Assembly: GCA_965652295.1 (NCBI GenBank)
Contig: CBFGTS010000008.1
Span: forward strand, 128,001-192,000
From: an uncultured Haloferula sp.
GTDB lineage: Bacteria > Verrucomicrobiota > Verrucomicrobiia > Verrucomicrobiales > Akkermansiaceae
Direction: 5' to 3'
Length of the DNA stretch: 64,000 nucleotides
Below, piece by piece: positions 1 through 8,973 of the stretch. The translations under genes were made by a program, and so were the position numbers. Each line of letters starts with the position of its first letter. Positions within the stretch are counted from its first letter, which is position 1. The notes beneath the pieces are model-generated. The model had not been told where the DNA came from and ran no database searches. It saw only the letters and a list, made by a program, of their open reading frames with translations.

Positions 1-941
1 AGAATGATGGTGGCGATGGAAAGCAGCAGCCAATCGCCCCGGAAATAGAGCACGAGCAGTGCGGCGAAGGTGGCCAACAGGCCGATGAGCAGACCGGCGA
101 GGAGATCGAAAAGCCGCGCGTAAACCGATGTTCCTTCCTTTTTGTGAAGCGGGTTGTGCTGCCTCAGCCAGTCCTGGAAACGGCGGCCGACGAGGAAGAT
201 GGTGAGAAACGCGAGGATGGCGAGCAGGAGGTTCACACCCTTGCCACGCCAGAAGCCGGAGACGCCCTCGGAGAAGGATTCGACGAAGCTCTTTTCGCGG
301 CTCTCCCGTTCGGCGAGCTGGGCCGTCAGCGCCTCAAGTTCGCCGCTGGCCTCGGTTTTCCGGCCTTCCCACAGGCGGCGCACGCCTTCAATTTGAGCCG
401 CCACCTGCGGATCGATCTCCGCGCTGGGCGGGTAAGCGGAGAGCCGCGTGAGAGCTTGCTCGGCGATGGCGAGGCGATCCTTCCAGGTATCGATGTCGTC
501 GCGCAGTTTGGAGAGCTCCCGCGGGCCGGAGGTGGCGCTGCGGAGCTGGTCGAGCACCGGGCTGAGGACGTCCTGGACTTCCTCGTTGAGGGTGCGGGGC
601 GCGGCGGGTTCACGGACCCAGGCATCTTCCGGGATGCCGGAGGCGATCGAACGGATGTTGCTTTCGATGTTCTGGATGCGCGCGCGGCGTTCGCTGATTT
701 CGCGGCGGATTTCGGCTTTTTCCTCCTCGGAGCCGGCCTTGTTGCGCAGCTCATCGCGCAGGGCGTTGAGCTTCTGCTGCTCCTGCTCGATGACCGGAAG
801 CTGGGCCTCGATGGCGGACAGGCTGCGCTGGACGGTGCTCGGTTTTCCCGCATCCGCCACCGGCTCCTGCGCGCCCAGCGTGCCGAGAAAAACGACGGCC
901 GGGGCGAGGAGGCGGATCAGAATCGGAGAAGGGCGATGCAT
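1..941 (-). CDS. Probable mechanosensitive channel (MscS-family) protein, N-terminal part; runs off the window edge
   Basis: Not in the ORF track. Manual minus-strand translation from ATG at 941 gives MHRPSPILIRLLAPAVVFLGTLGAQE (signal peptide), a long coiled coil, then TM helices (NLLLAILAFLTIFLV; LLIGLLATFAALLVLYFRGDWLLLSIATIIL). The channel domain is not visible, so the product is inferred from architecture. Confidence 0.55.
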   Translation of the reverse strand, partial: MHRPSPILIRLLAPAVVFLGTLGAQEPVADAGKPSTVQRSLSAIEAQLPVIEQEQQKLNALRDELRNKAGSEEEKAEIRREISERRARIQNIESNIRSIASGIPEDAWVREPAAPRTLNEEVQDVLSPVLDQLRSATSGPRELSKLRDDIDTWKDRLAIAEQALTRLSAYPPSAEIDPQVAAQIEGVRRLWEGRKTEASGELEALTAQLAERESREKSFVESFSEGVSGFWRGKGVNLLLAILAFLTIFLVGRRFQDWLRQHNPLHKKEGTSVYARLFDLLAGLLIGLLATFAALLVLYFRGDWLLLSIATII

Positions 942-964
942 CGGGGGAAGTGGAGGCGTGGAAC

Positions 965-1774
965 TCAGAGCGGGCGGGCGTAGGTGTCGCAGCGGTTGAA
1001 CCAGCCCGCGCGCCAGCGGCCTTCACCACGCTCGGCGGGCGCGTTGTCGATCCGCCGACCGAGGACCCGTTTTGCGGAGGCGGCGAATTCAGCGGCGGCG
1101 GGTTGCCCGGCCGGCACGTCGCGCATGCCGGCGAGGACCTGGAGCAGCCCCCAGCCGCGGCCCTGGTAGCGCTCGGCCGGGTTGGTGCCCTCGCCCTTGA
1201 AGTTGACGTAATCGATCAGCGCATACTGCCCGTGGGCGGTGGCGGCGACCTTGTGGTAGTTCGCCTCGATCCGGGCGCGGTCTCCGGCCGGGGCCGCGGC
1301 GAGGATCTTCGGTAGCGCGGCGCGGGAGCGGGCGATGATGAAATCGGTCTGGAGGGTCACCTGGACGGCGAGCCACTGGCGGAGTTGGGACATTTCCGCA
1401 CCACGGAACGAGGCTTGGAAGGCTGCCTTGCTGGGCCACGGGGCGGCAGGACGGAGGCCGATCGGAGGAACCTCCGCGCCGCGCTGGCGGGCGTAGGCGG
1501 TGAACTTCGGCCAGCTTTCCTCGAAACGCCCCGAAACCCCGGCGGGGTACCAGATGAAATGGCCGATGCCGAGCGACGGGAAGTTTTCCCCCGCATTCCA
1601 CGTGGTCAGGCCATCGACGGTGCCCCCGCATTCGTTCTGCCAGATTTGCCGTCCGATCGCGGACTTCTGACCGGCGGAGAGACCGGAGGGGTTTCCCGCA
1701 GCGGGGGTGGTGGATACCGGGCCGCAAGCGGCGACGAGGAGCAGAACGAAGGCTGCGGCACGGGATGGTTGCAT
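965..1774 (-). CDS. Conserved hypothetical lipoprotein, possible lysozyme-like fold
   Basis: Start reassigned to MQPSRAAAFVLLLVAAC (lipobox-like). Motifs WQNECGG...SLGIGHFIW and ALIDYVNFKGEG. Confidence 0.7.
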   Translation of the reverse strand: MQPSRAAAFVLLLVAACGPVSTTPAAGNPSGLSAGQKSAIGRQIWQNECGGTVDGLTTWNAGENFPSLGIGHFIWYPAGVSGRFEESWPKFTAYARQRGAEVPPIGLRPAAPWPSKAAFQASFRGAEMSQLRQWLAVQVTLQTDFIIARSRAALPKILAAAPAGDRARIEANYHKVAATAHGQYALIDYVNFKGEGTNPAERYQGRGWGLLQVLAGMRDVPAGQPAAAEFAASAKRVLGRRIDNAPAERGEGRWRAGWFNRCDTYARPL

Positions 1775-1817
1775 GCCGGAGGCTAAAACCTGAAGGTGCG
1801 GCCCCGCAAGGAGAGTC

Positions 1818-2219
1818 ATGATGAACCGGATCCCCTGGCACGAGGTGCTCAAGTTCGAGGCGAAGGACATCGTCAAGGTCCTGCTCACCGCCGTGGTGAT
1901 CGTGGTGGTGACCAAGGTGCAGGTGTTCAGCGAGCGGCTCTCCGCCCTGTTGATCGCCCTCCCGCTGGCTTCGTTGATCGCGATGATCTGGATGCACGCG
2001 GAAAAACAGCCGCCCGGGCGGATCGCGGGGCATGCCGAGTCCACCTTCTGGTTCGCACTGCCGACCCTGCCGATGTTTTTGATTCTGCCGTGGATGTTGC
2101 GCCACGGCTGGGGTTTCTGGCCGGCGCTGGGGATCAACTGCCTCCTGACCGCCGGGTGTTTCTGGCTGATGGTGGTGGGGTTGCGGCAGGTCGGAGTGGA
2201 CCTGATGGCACGGAAATAG
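1818..2219 (+). CDS. DUF3147-like small membrane protein
   Basis: Four hydrophobic segments; KVLLTAVVIVVV...ALLIALPLASLIAMIW...FWFALPTLPMF pattern. Confidence 0.7.
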   Translation: MMNRIPWHEVLKFEAKDIVKVLLTAVVIVVVTKVQVFSERLSALLIALPLASLIAMIWMHAEKQPPGRIAGHAESTFWFALPTLPMFLILPWMLRHGWGFWPALGINCLLTAGCFWLMVVGLRQVGVDLMARK

Positions 2220-2396
2220 TTTCCGCCCCGGGCAGGGGAAAATATCCCTCGATGTCCAGTTTCCCCTTGTCAAGGGGACGGAAAGCCGATTCTGTCCGCC
2301 TCCCGGCCGAGGAGGGCCGGCCGGCATGGCATGTCTGAAGAAAACATCATCCCCTTCGAGCAGCCAAAGCCCCATTCCCGGTTTGCAGGCACACCC

Positions 2397-2603
2397 ATGA
2401 AAAGCGATCTTGTCGAGAAGGCGTCCGAAGTCGTGAACGATCCCTTGGTTCTCATCAATATGGTGTCCAAGCGCGTTCGCCAATTGAACAGCGGCCGCTC
2501 GCCGCTGATCCCGACCGTTCCGAGCATGGGTGCCGCCGACATCGCGCTTACGGAAATCATCGAGGGCAAGATCCGCCTGTCCGGCGAAGCAATCAACGGC
2601 TGA
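2397..2603 (+). CDS. rpoZ: RNA polymerase omega subunit
   Basis: 68 aa with LINMVSKRVRQL...IALTEIIEGKI, the omega signature. Confidence 0.88.
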   Translation: MKSDLVEKASEVVNDPLVLINMVSKRVRQLNSGRSPLIPTVPSMGAADIALTEIIEGKIRLSGEAING

Positions 2604-2646
2604 GACGGCCCTTGCCGTTCTCCCGTCCCGGGCCATCCTTTCGCCC

Positions 2647-3105
2647 ATGAGCGCGGAAATCGCCAGCAATCGCAAGGCGCGCCGCGACTTCCACATCTCG
2701 GAAACCTACGAGGCCGGCGTCGAGCTGAAGGGGACCGAGGTGAAGTCGATCCGCGAAGGCAAGGTGAACATCGCCGACGCCTTCGCCCGCGTCGAACGCG
2801 GCCAGATGTTCCTTTTCGGCTGCCACATCCAGCCGTGGGAAACCGCCGGCAAGTGGTTCCAGCACGATTCCCGCCGGCCGCGCCGCCTGCTGCTCCACAA
2901 GCAGGAGATCCGCAAGCTCGAGCACGCGCTCGAGGTCAAGGGCTCGACGTTGCCCTGCCTGAAGATGTACTGGAAAAACGGCCGGGTGAAGGTCGAGCTG
3001 GGCGTCGGCAAGGGCAAGACCCACTCCGACCAGCGCCACGACCTGAAAAAGCAGGTGGAACTCCGCGAAGCGCAACGCGAGGTCGCGCGCTTCAACCGGC
3101 AGTAG
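2647..3105 (+). CDS. smpB: SsrA-binding protein
   Basis: NRKARRDF...YEAGVELKGTEVKSIR...RRLLLHKQEI...KVELGVGKGK. Confidence 0.97.
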   Translation: MSAEIASNRKARRDFHISETYEAGVELKGTEVKSIREGKVNIADAFARVERGQMFLFGCHIQPWETAGKWFQHDSRRPRRLLLHKQEIRKLEHALEVKGSTLPCLKMYWKNGRVKVELGVGKGKTHSDQRHDLKKQVELREAQREVARFNRQ

Positions 3106-3145
3106 GTGCGGCTTGACCCCGACAGCTGAAGTCTGAGACTCCGCC

Positions 3146-4345
3146 ATGCGCCGGCTCCGGACCGATCTGCCCTACTCGTTTCGTCCGCCGCAATTCCGCG
3201 GGTGGTTCCGTCCGCTCGGCCTCTGGGCGAACCGGGAAATCTACCTGCGGCGGAAATACCGGCTCGCCGGGATTTCAGACGCCGGGCTCGATCGGGTGAA
3301 ATCCTTGGTCGGAAAGGGTGACGCGGTGCTTCTCGCGCCCAACCACGCCGATCACTCCGATCCGCACCTGATGATCGAAATGGGCAGCCGCCACGAACTG
3401 CCGCTGCATTTCATGGCCGCGCGGGAGGTGTTCGAATCCTCGCCCGCCGCCGCTTGGGCGCTGCAGGCGATGGGCGTGTTTTCGGTCGATCGCGATGGTC
3501 CGGATCTCTCCGCGATCAAAACCGCCATCGGTCTGCTGGATTCCGGCACGCCCCTGGTCATTTACCCGGAAGGCGAGATCTACCACCACCACGAGCGGCT
3601 TGATCCGCTGATGGAGGGCGTGGCCTCGATCCTCCTCAAGGCCGCCGGACGCATGAAGGACGGGAGGCGCGCCTGGCTGGTGCCGGTGGGAATTCATTTC
3701 AAACACCGGCCGGAGATCGAGGCTACTTTCGGGGAGCGGCTTTCGCGACTGGAGGATCGGATCGGCTGGACACCACGGCCCGCGATGGCGATCGACGACC
3801 GCATCATTCGGCTAGGCACCGGCGTGCTGGCGTTGAAGGAAACCGAATTCCTCGGAGAGGCGGGGCAGGGAGGTATCCAGTCGCGCCTCGAACAGCTCTG
3901 CGAACGCCTGCTTTCCGCCGCCGAGGAAAAGCACGGCCGCGACCCGCGCGCTGGCACCGCCCCGGAGCGGGTCCGTTCGCTGCGCTACCGCATCCGCCGG
4001 CGCTTGCTCGATTCCGAAAACCCGGCGTCGCCCGCGGAGCGAGTGGCTTTGCTGGATGACCTCGACGCCGTGTTCACGGCGTTGCAATCGCACAGCTACA
4101 TCGGCGACTACCTGCTCTCCCATCCCAGCCTCGACCGCCGTGCGGAGACGATCATGAAGCTGGAGGAGGATCTCTTCGGGTTTCCCGAATACCCGTGCCT
4201 GCGGGACGCCTCGGTCACCGCTGCCGAGCCCATCGCGGTCAGCGACCTGCTGGCCAGCGGCGCGCTGCCGCCCCGGGGAGGAGCCGCCGCCCTGACGGCT
4301 CTGCTGGAAGAGCGCCTGACCGCCCTGCTGCCCGTGCCGGAGTGA
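3146..4345 (+). CDS. Glycerolipid acyltransferase (PlsC/LPLAT family) with C-terminal extension
   Basis: NHADHSD (HX4D), GVFSVDR and IYPEG acyltransferase blocks. Confidence 0.85.
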   Translation: MRRLRTDLPYSFRPPQFRGWFRPLGLWANREIYLRRKYRLAGISDAGLDRVKSLVGKGDAVLLAPNHADHSDPHLMIEMGSRHELPLHFMAAREVFESSPAAAWALQAMGVFSVDRDGPDLSAIKTAIGLLDSGTPLVIYPEGEIYHHHERLDPLMEGVASILLKAAGRMKDGRRAWLVPVGIHFKHRPEIEATFGERLSRLEDRIGWTPRPAMAIDDRIIRLGTGVLALKETEFLGEAGQGGIQSRLEQLCERLLSAAEEKHGRDPRAGTAPERVRSLRYRIRRRLLDSENPASPAERVALLDDLDAVFTALQSHSYIGDYLLSHPSLDRRAETIMKLEEDLFGFPEYPCLRDASVTAAEPIAVSDLLASGALPPRGGAAALTALLEERLTALLPVPE

Positions 4346-4463
4346 TTCAGCTTGTCCGATTTCAAGCCATTCTATCCTTGCAATCCGGGCGTTTTCCGCT
4401 TTCCTCCGCCGTCCCGACCAAGGGCGGACCGGCCAAGGTGGCTGGACTGAACCAAACAAGCAA

Positions 4464-4721
4464 ATGAGCGAAAGCACCATCAATCCCGCGGACTACAAGG
4501 TCCATGACACCGACACCGGCAGCGCCGACTTCCAAGTCGCCAACCTGACCGTCCGCATCAAGCACCTCACCGAGCATCTCGGCACCCACAAGAAGGACGC
4601 ATCGTCCCGCCGTGGCCTGCTCAAGCTCGTCGCCCAGCGCCGCAAGCTGCTCGACTACATCAAGGCGCATGACGAGGATCGCTACCAAAAATTGATCAAG
4701 GGACTCGGCCTCCGCCGCTAA
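4464..4721 (+). CDS. rpsO: 30S ribosomal protein S15
   Basis: [40 protein letters not shown]; upstream of pnp. Confidence 0.98.
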   Translation: MSESTINPADYKVHDTDTGSADFQVANLTVRIKHLTEHLGTHKKDASSRRGLLKLVAQRRKLLDYIKAHDEDRYQKLIKGLGLRR

Positions 4722-4734
4722 ACCCGACCTTCTC

Positions 4735-4770
4735 TGAAACGGCCACGGATTTCCCGTGGCCGTTTCATTT
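4735..4770 (+). terminator. Hairpin after rpsO (terminator/processing stem)
   Basis: Perfect 14-bp stem TGAAACGGCCACGG/CCGTGGCCGTTTCA with a 5-nt loop and a short T tail. Confidence 0.7.
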
Positions 4771-4900
4771 AGCGCCGGGCGGCATGATTGGCCATCCGGC
4801 GCGGGGCATTTCCGCCAACCAAATTGAAAAACCGGGAACGCCTCGAATCCATGCCCCCGTCCGAGTGGACGGGATACTGAAGTCAGTTAGAACACATAGA

Positions 4901-7039
4901 ATGAATATCCATCAAGTTACGAGCCAGGTCGGCTCGAATCCCATCACATTTGAAACGGGCAAGCTTGCCAAGCTGGCCGACGGCGCCGTCGTCGTCACCT
5001 GCGGCGAGACCGTGGTCCTGGTGACCGCCGTTTCCCAAACCAAAGTGCGTGCCGGCCAGACCTGGTTCCCGCTTTCCGTCGAGTACAAGGAAAAAGCCTC
5101 CGCTGCCGGCCAGTTCCCCGGTGGTTACTTCAAGCGCGAAGGCCGTCCTACCGAAAAGGAAATCCTGACCTGCCGGATGACCGACCGTCCGCTGCGGCCA
5201 CTGTTCCCGAAGGGCTACCTCTACGACACCCAGATCATCGCGCTGCTGCTGGCGGCCGACCAGATCAACGACTCCGACATTCTGTCGATGAACGGCGCTT
5301 CCGCCGCTCTCGCGATCTCCGACATCCCCTTCGCCGGTCCGATCGGCGCGGTGCGGGTCGGCCGCGTGGATGGCGAGTTCGTCATCAACCCGACCTTCGA
5401 CGAGCGCGATGAAAGTGACCTCGACCTGGTGTACGTCGGCAACAAGACCGACGTCATCATGATCGAAGGTGCTGCCGATCAGCTCCCGGAAGATGATTTC
5501 ATCAAGGCCCTGCACTTCGCCCAAGAGGCGGTGCAGAAGTTGGTCGAGGCCCAGGAAGAGCTGGTCCGCCTGGCCGGCAAGCCGAAGCGCGAATACACCG
5601 TGACCGTCGCCAAGGACGAACTCCTGGAAGTCGGCTACGAGATCGCCGGCGACCGCATCGAAGACGCGATCTACGCGCCGTCGAAAGTCGAGCGCGGCAA
5701 GAAGGTCGGTGCCCTCCGCGATGAAGTGGAAAAGGCGATCATGGAAAAGTATCCGGAAACCACCGAGTTCGAGATCGAGCAGGTGTTCGAATACATCCAG
5801 AAGAAGGCGTTCCGGGTGGCGATCATGGAGAAGGGCATCCGCGCCGACGGCCGCCAGATCGGCGAGCTCCGCCCGCTGTTCGCCGAAGCCAACTCGCTGC
5901 CGCGGGTTCATGGCTCCGCGATTTTCGCCCGTGGGGAAACCCAGGCGCTCGGCATCTGCACGCTGGCACCTGCCGACGAGAAGCAGTTCTACGACAACTA
6001 CGCCGGTGGCGAGGACAGCAAGCGTTTCATCCTCCACTACAACTTCCCTCCGTTCTCGGTGGGTGAAACCGGCCGCATGGGTGGCATCAACCGCCGCGAG
6101 ATCGGCCACGGTGCGCTCGCCGAGCGTTCGATCGCTCCGGTCATCCCGGACGTGGAGGATTTCCCTTACGCAATGCGCGTTTCGTCGGAAGTCATGGAGT
6201 CCAACGGATCGACCTCGATGGCGACGGTCTGCGCCGGCACCATGTCCCTGCTCTGCGCCGGTGTGCCGCTCAAGGCTCCGGTCGGCGGGATCTCCGTCGG
6301 CCTGGTCACCGAGTGGAATGAGGACGGCACGATGAAGGCGCACAAGGCGCTGCTCGACATCATTGGCTCCGAAGACTTCTACGGTGACATGGACTTCAAG
6401 CTCTGCGGCACCGAGGCCGGAGTGACTGGCTTCCAGCTCGACCTGAAGCTCCAGGGGCTGCCGCTCTCGATCCTTGAAGAAGGCATCCGCATGGCCAAGG
6501 ACGCCCGCGGCACGATCATCGCCAAGATGAACGAAGCCGTGGCCGGCCCACAGGACCTCAGTCCGCACGCCCCGCGCATCGTTTCCGTCAAGATCCCGGC
6601 CGACCGCATCGGCGAACTCATCGGGCCTGGCGGCAAGAACATCAAAGGCATCCAGGCCGAGTCCGGCGCCGACATCAACATTGAGGATGACGGCACCGTG
6701 CACATCTACGCCTCGAAGGAGGAAGGCCTCCAGCGCGCCAAGGAACTCATCGACCGCATCTTCGCGGAAATCGAAGTGGGTGCGGTTTACACCGGTCCGG
6801 TCGTTTCGGTGACCAACTTCGGTGCGTTCATGGAAGTGCTGCCCGGCAAGGACGGTCTGATCCACGTTTCCGAACTCCAGGAAGGCCGCACCGAGCAGGT
6901 CGAGGACGTCGTCAAGAAGGGCGACATCGTCACCGCCAAGTGCATCGGCGTGGACGAAAAAGGCCGCGTGAAGATGAGCCGCCGCGCCTATCTCCGCGAC
7001 CAAAAGGCCGAGCAAGCCGAACAGCCTGCCGAAGCCTGA
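4901..7039 (+). CDS. pnp: Polyribonucleotide nucleotidyltransferase (PNPase)
   Basis: FETGKLAKLADG, RREIGHGALAER, ESNGSTSMA and GDMDFK motifs, then KH (IGPGGKNIK) and S1 domains. Start set at MNIHQV. Confidence 0.98.
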   Translation: MNIHQVTSQVGSNPITFETGKLAKLADGAVVVTCGETVVLVTAVSQTKVRAGQTWFPLSVEYKEKASAAGQFPGGYFKREGRPTEKEILTCRMTDRPLRPLFPKGYLYDTQIIALLLAADQINDSDILSMNGASAALAISDIPFAGPIGAVRVGRVDGEFVINPTFDERDESDLDLVYVGNKTDVIMIEGAADQLPEDDFIKALHFAQEAVQKLVEAQEELVRLAGKPKREYTVTVAKDELLEVGYEIAGDRIEDAIYAPSKVERGKKVGALRDEVEKAIMEKYPETTEFEIEQVFEYIQKKAFRVAIMEKGIRADGRQIGELRPLFAEANSLPRVHGSAIFARGETQALGICTLAPADEKQFYDNYAGGEDSKRFILHYNFPPFSVGETGRMGGINRREIGHGALAERSIAPVIPDVEDFPYAMRVSSEVMESNGSTSMATVCAGTMSLLCAGVPLKAPVGGISVGLVTEWNEDGTMKAHKALLDIIGSEDFYGDMDFKLCGTEAGVTGFQLDLKLQGLPLSILEEGIRMAKDARGTIIAKMNEAVAGPQDLSPHAPRIVSVKIPADRIGELIGPGGKNIKGIQAESGADINIEDDGTVHIYASKEEGLQRAKELIDRIFAEIEVGAVYTGPVVSVTNFGAFMEVLPGKDGLIHVSELQEGRTEQVEDVVKKGDIVTAKCIGVDEKGRVKMSRRAYLRDQKAEQAEQPAEA

Positions 7040-7064
7040 TCGGCCTCCGCCGAGAAACATCTCC

Positions 7065-7099
7065 AAGCCGCCATCCCGCGAGGGATGGCGGTTTTTTTT
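7065..7099 (+). terminator. Rho-independent terminator of pnp
   Basis: GCCGCCATCCC-GCGA-GGGATGGCGGT stem-loop followed by a T run. Confidence 0.92.
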
Positions 7100-7164
7100 G
7101 GAGAGGCAGAAACTGGGGCTCTCTCAAGAGGATCGCCTGCGAAGCGTTCCTTCCGGGATGCAGT

Positions 7165-7404
7165 CGTATTTACCTGAGCGGATCGTCTGACCAGACCGTG
7201 AAGGTCTGGGACGCGGAGAACTTCGAGCTGGCGGAGGAACTCAAGGTGCTTTCGCAACGGAATTGGGCGGCAACAAGGCCCGGCAAACTGGAGCCGACAG
7301 CGATGTCCGACGGGGCGGGCGAATTCCTGATGTGGATCGGCCGAGACCCCGTGAGCAAGCGATTGAAGGCGTATCCTTACGAAGCGCTCGCGAGTCGCGA
7401 TTAA
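7165..7404 (+). pseudogene. C-terminal remnant of a WD40-repeat protein
   Basis: LSGSSDQTVKVWD is a canonical WD40 repeat end. There is no plausible start and the frame runs back into the pnp terminator. The left boundary is approximate. Confidence 0.6.
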
Positions 7405-7428
7405 AGCGGACGGGATCGTCCGCTCTCC

Positions 7429-8907
7429 CTACTCCTTCTTCTTCAGCAGCGGGAACAGCACCACGTCGCGGATGGTCGGGGCGCCGGTGAGCATCATGAT
7501 GAGGCGGTCGATGCCGATGCCGATGCCGCCGGCGGGGGGCATGCCGTGCTCGAGGGTTTCGATGAAGTCGTAGTCAACCAACTGCTCTTCCTCGCCGCCA
7601 GCCTGGTGCTCGAGGCGCTGGCGTTGGACGTCGGGATCGTTGAGTTCGCTGTAGCCGGGGCTGATTTCCTGGCCGTTGATGATGAGTTCGTAAACTTCGA
7701 CCGTTCGGCCGCCGGGCGTGACTTTGGCCAGCGGCACCAGCTCGCTGGCGACGCGGGTGACGAAGCAGGGGTCGAAGGTGTGCTCCTCGACCTTCTTCTC
7801 GAAGACTTGCTGGATCACCTCGTAGTCCTCCATCTCATCGGAGAGCTGCACGCCGAGTTCGTCGCACTTAGCGCGACGGGCCTCCGGGGTGATGTCGAAG
7901 AAGTCGTCGCCGGCGACCTCCTTGATGAGGTCGTGGTAGTTCGCGCGCTTCCACGGGCGGGAGAGATCGATGGTGCGGAGCACCTCGCCGTTCTCGTCCT
8001 TGTGCTCGATCTGGAGGCCGCCGCAGAAGGTCTCGGCGAGGTGGCAGACGAGGCTTTCCACCAGCTCGGCCATGATCTCGAAATCGGCGAAGGCCTGATA
8101 GGCCTCCAGCATGGTGAACTCGGGGTTGTGGCGGCGGGAGATGCCTTCGTTGCGGAAGTTGCGGTTGAGTTCGAAGACCTTGGTGAAGCCGCCGACGAGC
8201 AGGCGCTTGAGGAAAAGCTCGGGGGCGATGCGCATGGTGAGCGGCATGCCGAGGGCGTTGTGGAAGGTCTCAAACGGACGTGCGGCGGCACCGCCGGCGA
8301 CGCTTTGGAGCATCGGCGTTTCGACTTCGAGGTAGCCGCGCGCGTGGAAGAAGTTCCGGATTTCCGCGACCATGCGGCTGCGGGTCACGAAAGTGGCGGC
8401 GCTTTCCTCGTTCGACATCAGGTCGAGGTGGCGCTTGCGGTACTTGATCTCGCGATCGGCGACGCCATGCCACTTGTCGGGCATCGGGCGGAGCGACTTG
8501 GAAAGCACGGTGAAGCCGGAGACCTTGATGGTCGGCTCGCCGGTGCGGGTGATGAAGGTTTCGCCCTCGATGCCGATCCAATCGCCGCGGTCGAGGCAGT
8601 CGAAGACGGCCTTCTGCTCCTCGGAGAGTTCCTTGATGGCGAGGAATCCCTGGATTTGCCCGAGCACGTCACCGAGATGGAAAAAGCACGAACGACCCAT
8701 GTTGCGCAGGCCCGAGATGCGGCCGGCGACCTTGACCTGGACGCCTTCGGAGAAATCCGCGCGGAGTTCGGCGGGGGTGTGGGTGGTTTCGAAGGCCGAG
8801 CCGAAGGGGTCCACTCCGAGTTCGCGAAGCTTGGCGAGCTTTTCGCGGCGGACGGCGATCAGTTCGGCTTCGGTCGATTGGCTTTGAGGAGCGGTGTCTT
8901 CGGACAT
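7429..8907 (-). CDS. lysS: Lysine--tRNA ligase (class II)
   Basis: [57 protein letters not shown]. Confidence 0.98.
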   Translation of the reverse strand: MSEDTAPQSQSTEAELIAVRREKLAKLRELGVDPFGSAFETTHTPAELRADFSEGVQVKVAGRISGLRNMGRSCFFHLGDVLGQIQGFLAIKELSEEQKAVFDCLDRGDWIGIEGETFITRTGEPTIKVSGFTVLSKSLRPMPDKWHGVADREIKYRKRHLDLMSNEESAATFVTRSRMVAEIRNFFHARGYLEVETPMLQSVAGGAAARPFETFHNALGMPLTMRIAPELFLKRLLVGGFTKVFELNRNFRNEGISRRHNPEFTMLEAYQAFADFEIMAELVESLVCHLAETFCGGLQIEHKDENGEVLRTIDLSRPWKRANYHDLIKEVAGDDFFDITPEARRAKCDELGVQLSDEMEDYEVIQQVFEKKVEEHTFDPCFVTRVASELVPLAKVTPGGRTVEVYELIINGQEISPGYSELNDPDVQRQRLEHQAGGEEEQLVDYDFIETLEHGMPPAGGIGIGIDRLIMMLTGAPTIRDVVLFPLLKKKE

Positions 8908-8973
8908 GGCGGGGGTGGCTTTAGGCCATCCGACCGGGCTCCGCAAGGGTAGGGATGACGGAACGTTGTCCGT

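Noticed and set aside
2600..3150. tmRNA gene next to smpB
   Set aside because: The intergenic gaps are only ~40 nt and show no tRNA-like ends.
4883..7066. 727-aa minus-strand ORF, and similar long antisense ORFs (36940-40014, 41612-43894, 22285-23985, 24797-26566, 49563-51128)
   Set aside because: These are shadow frames opposite well-supported genes, expected in high-GC DNA, and carry no recognisable motifs.
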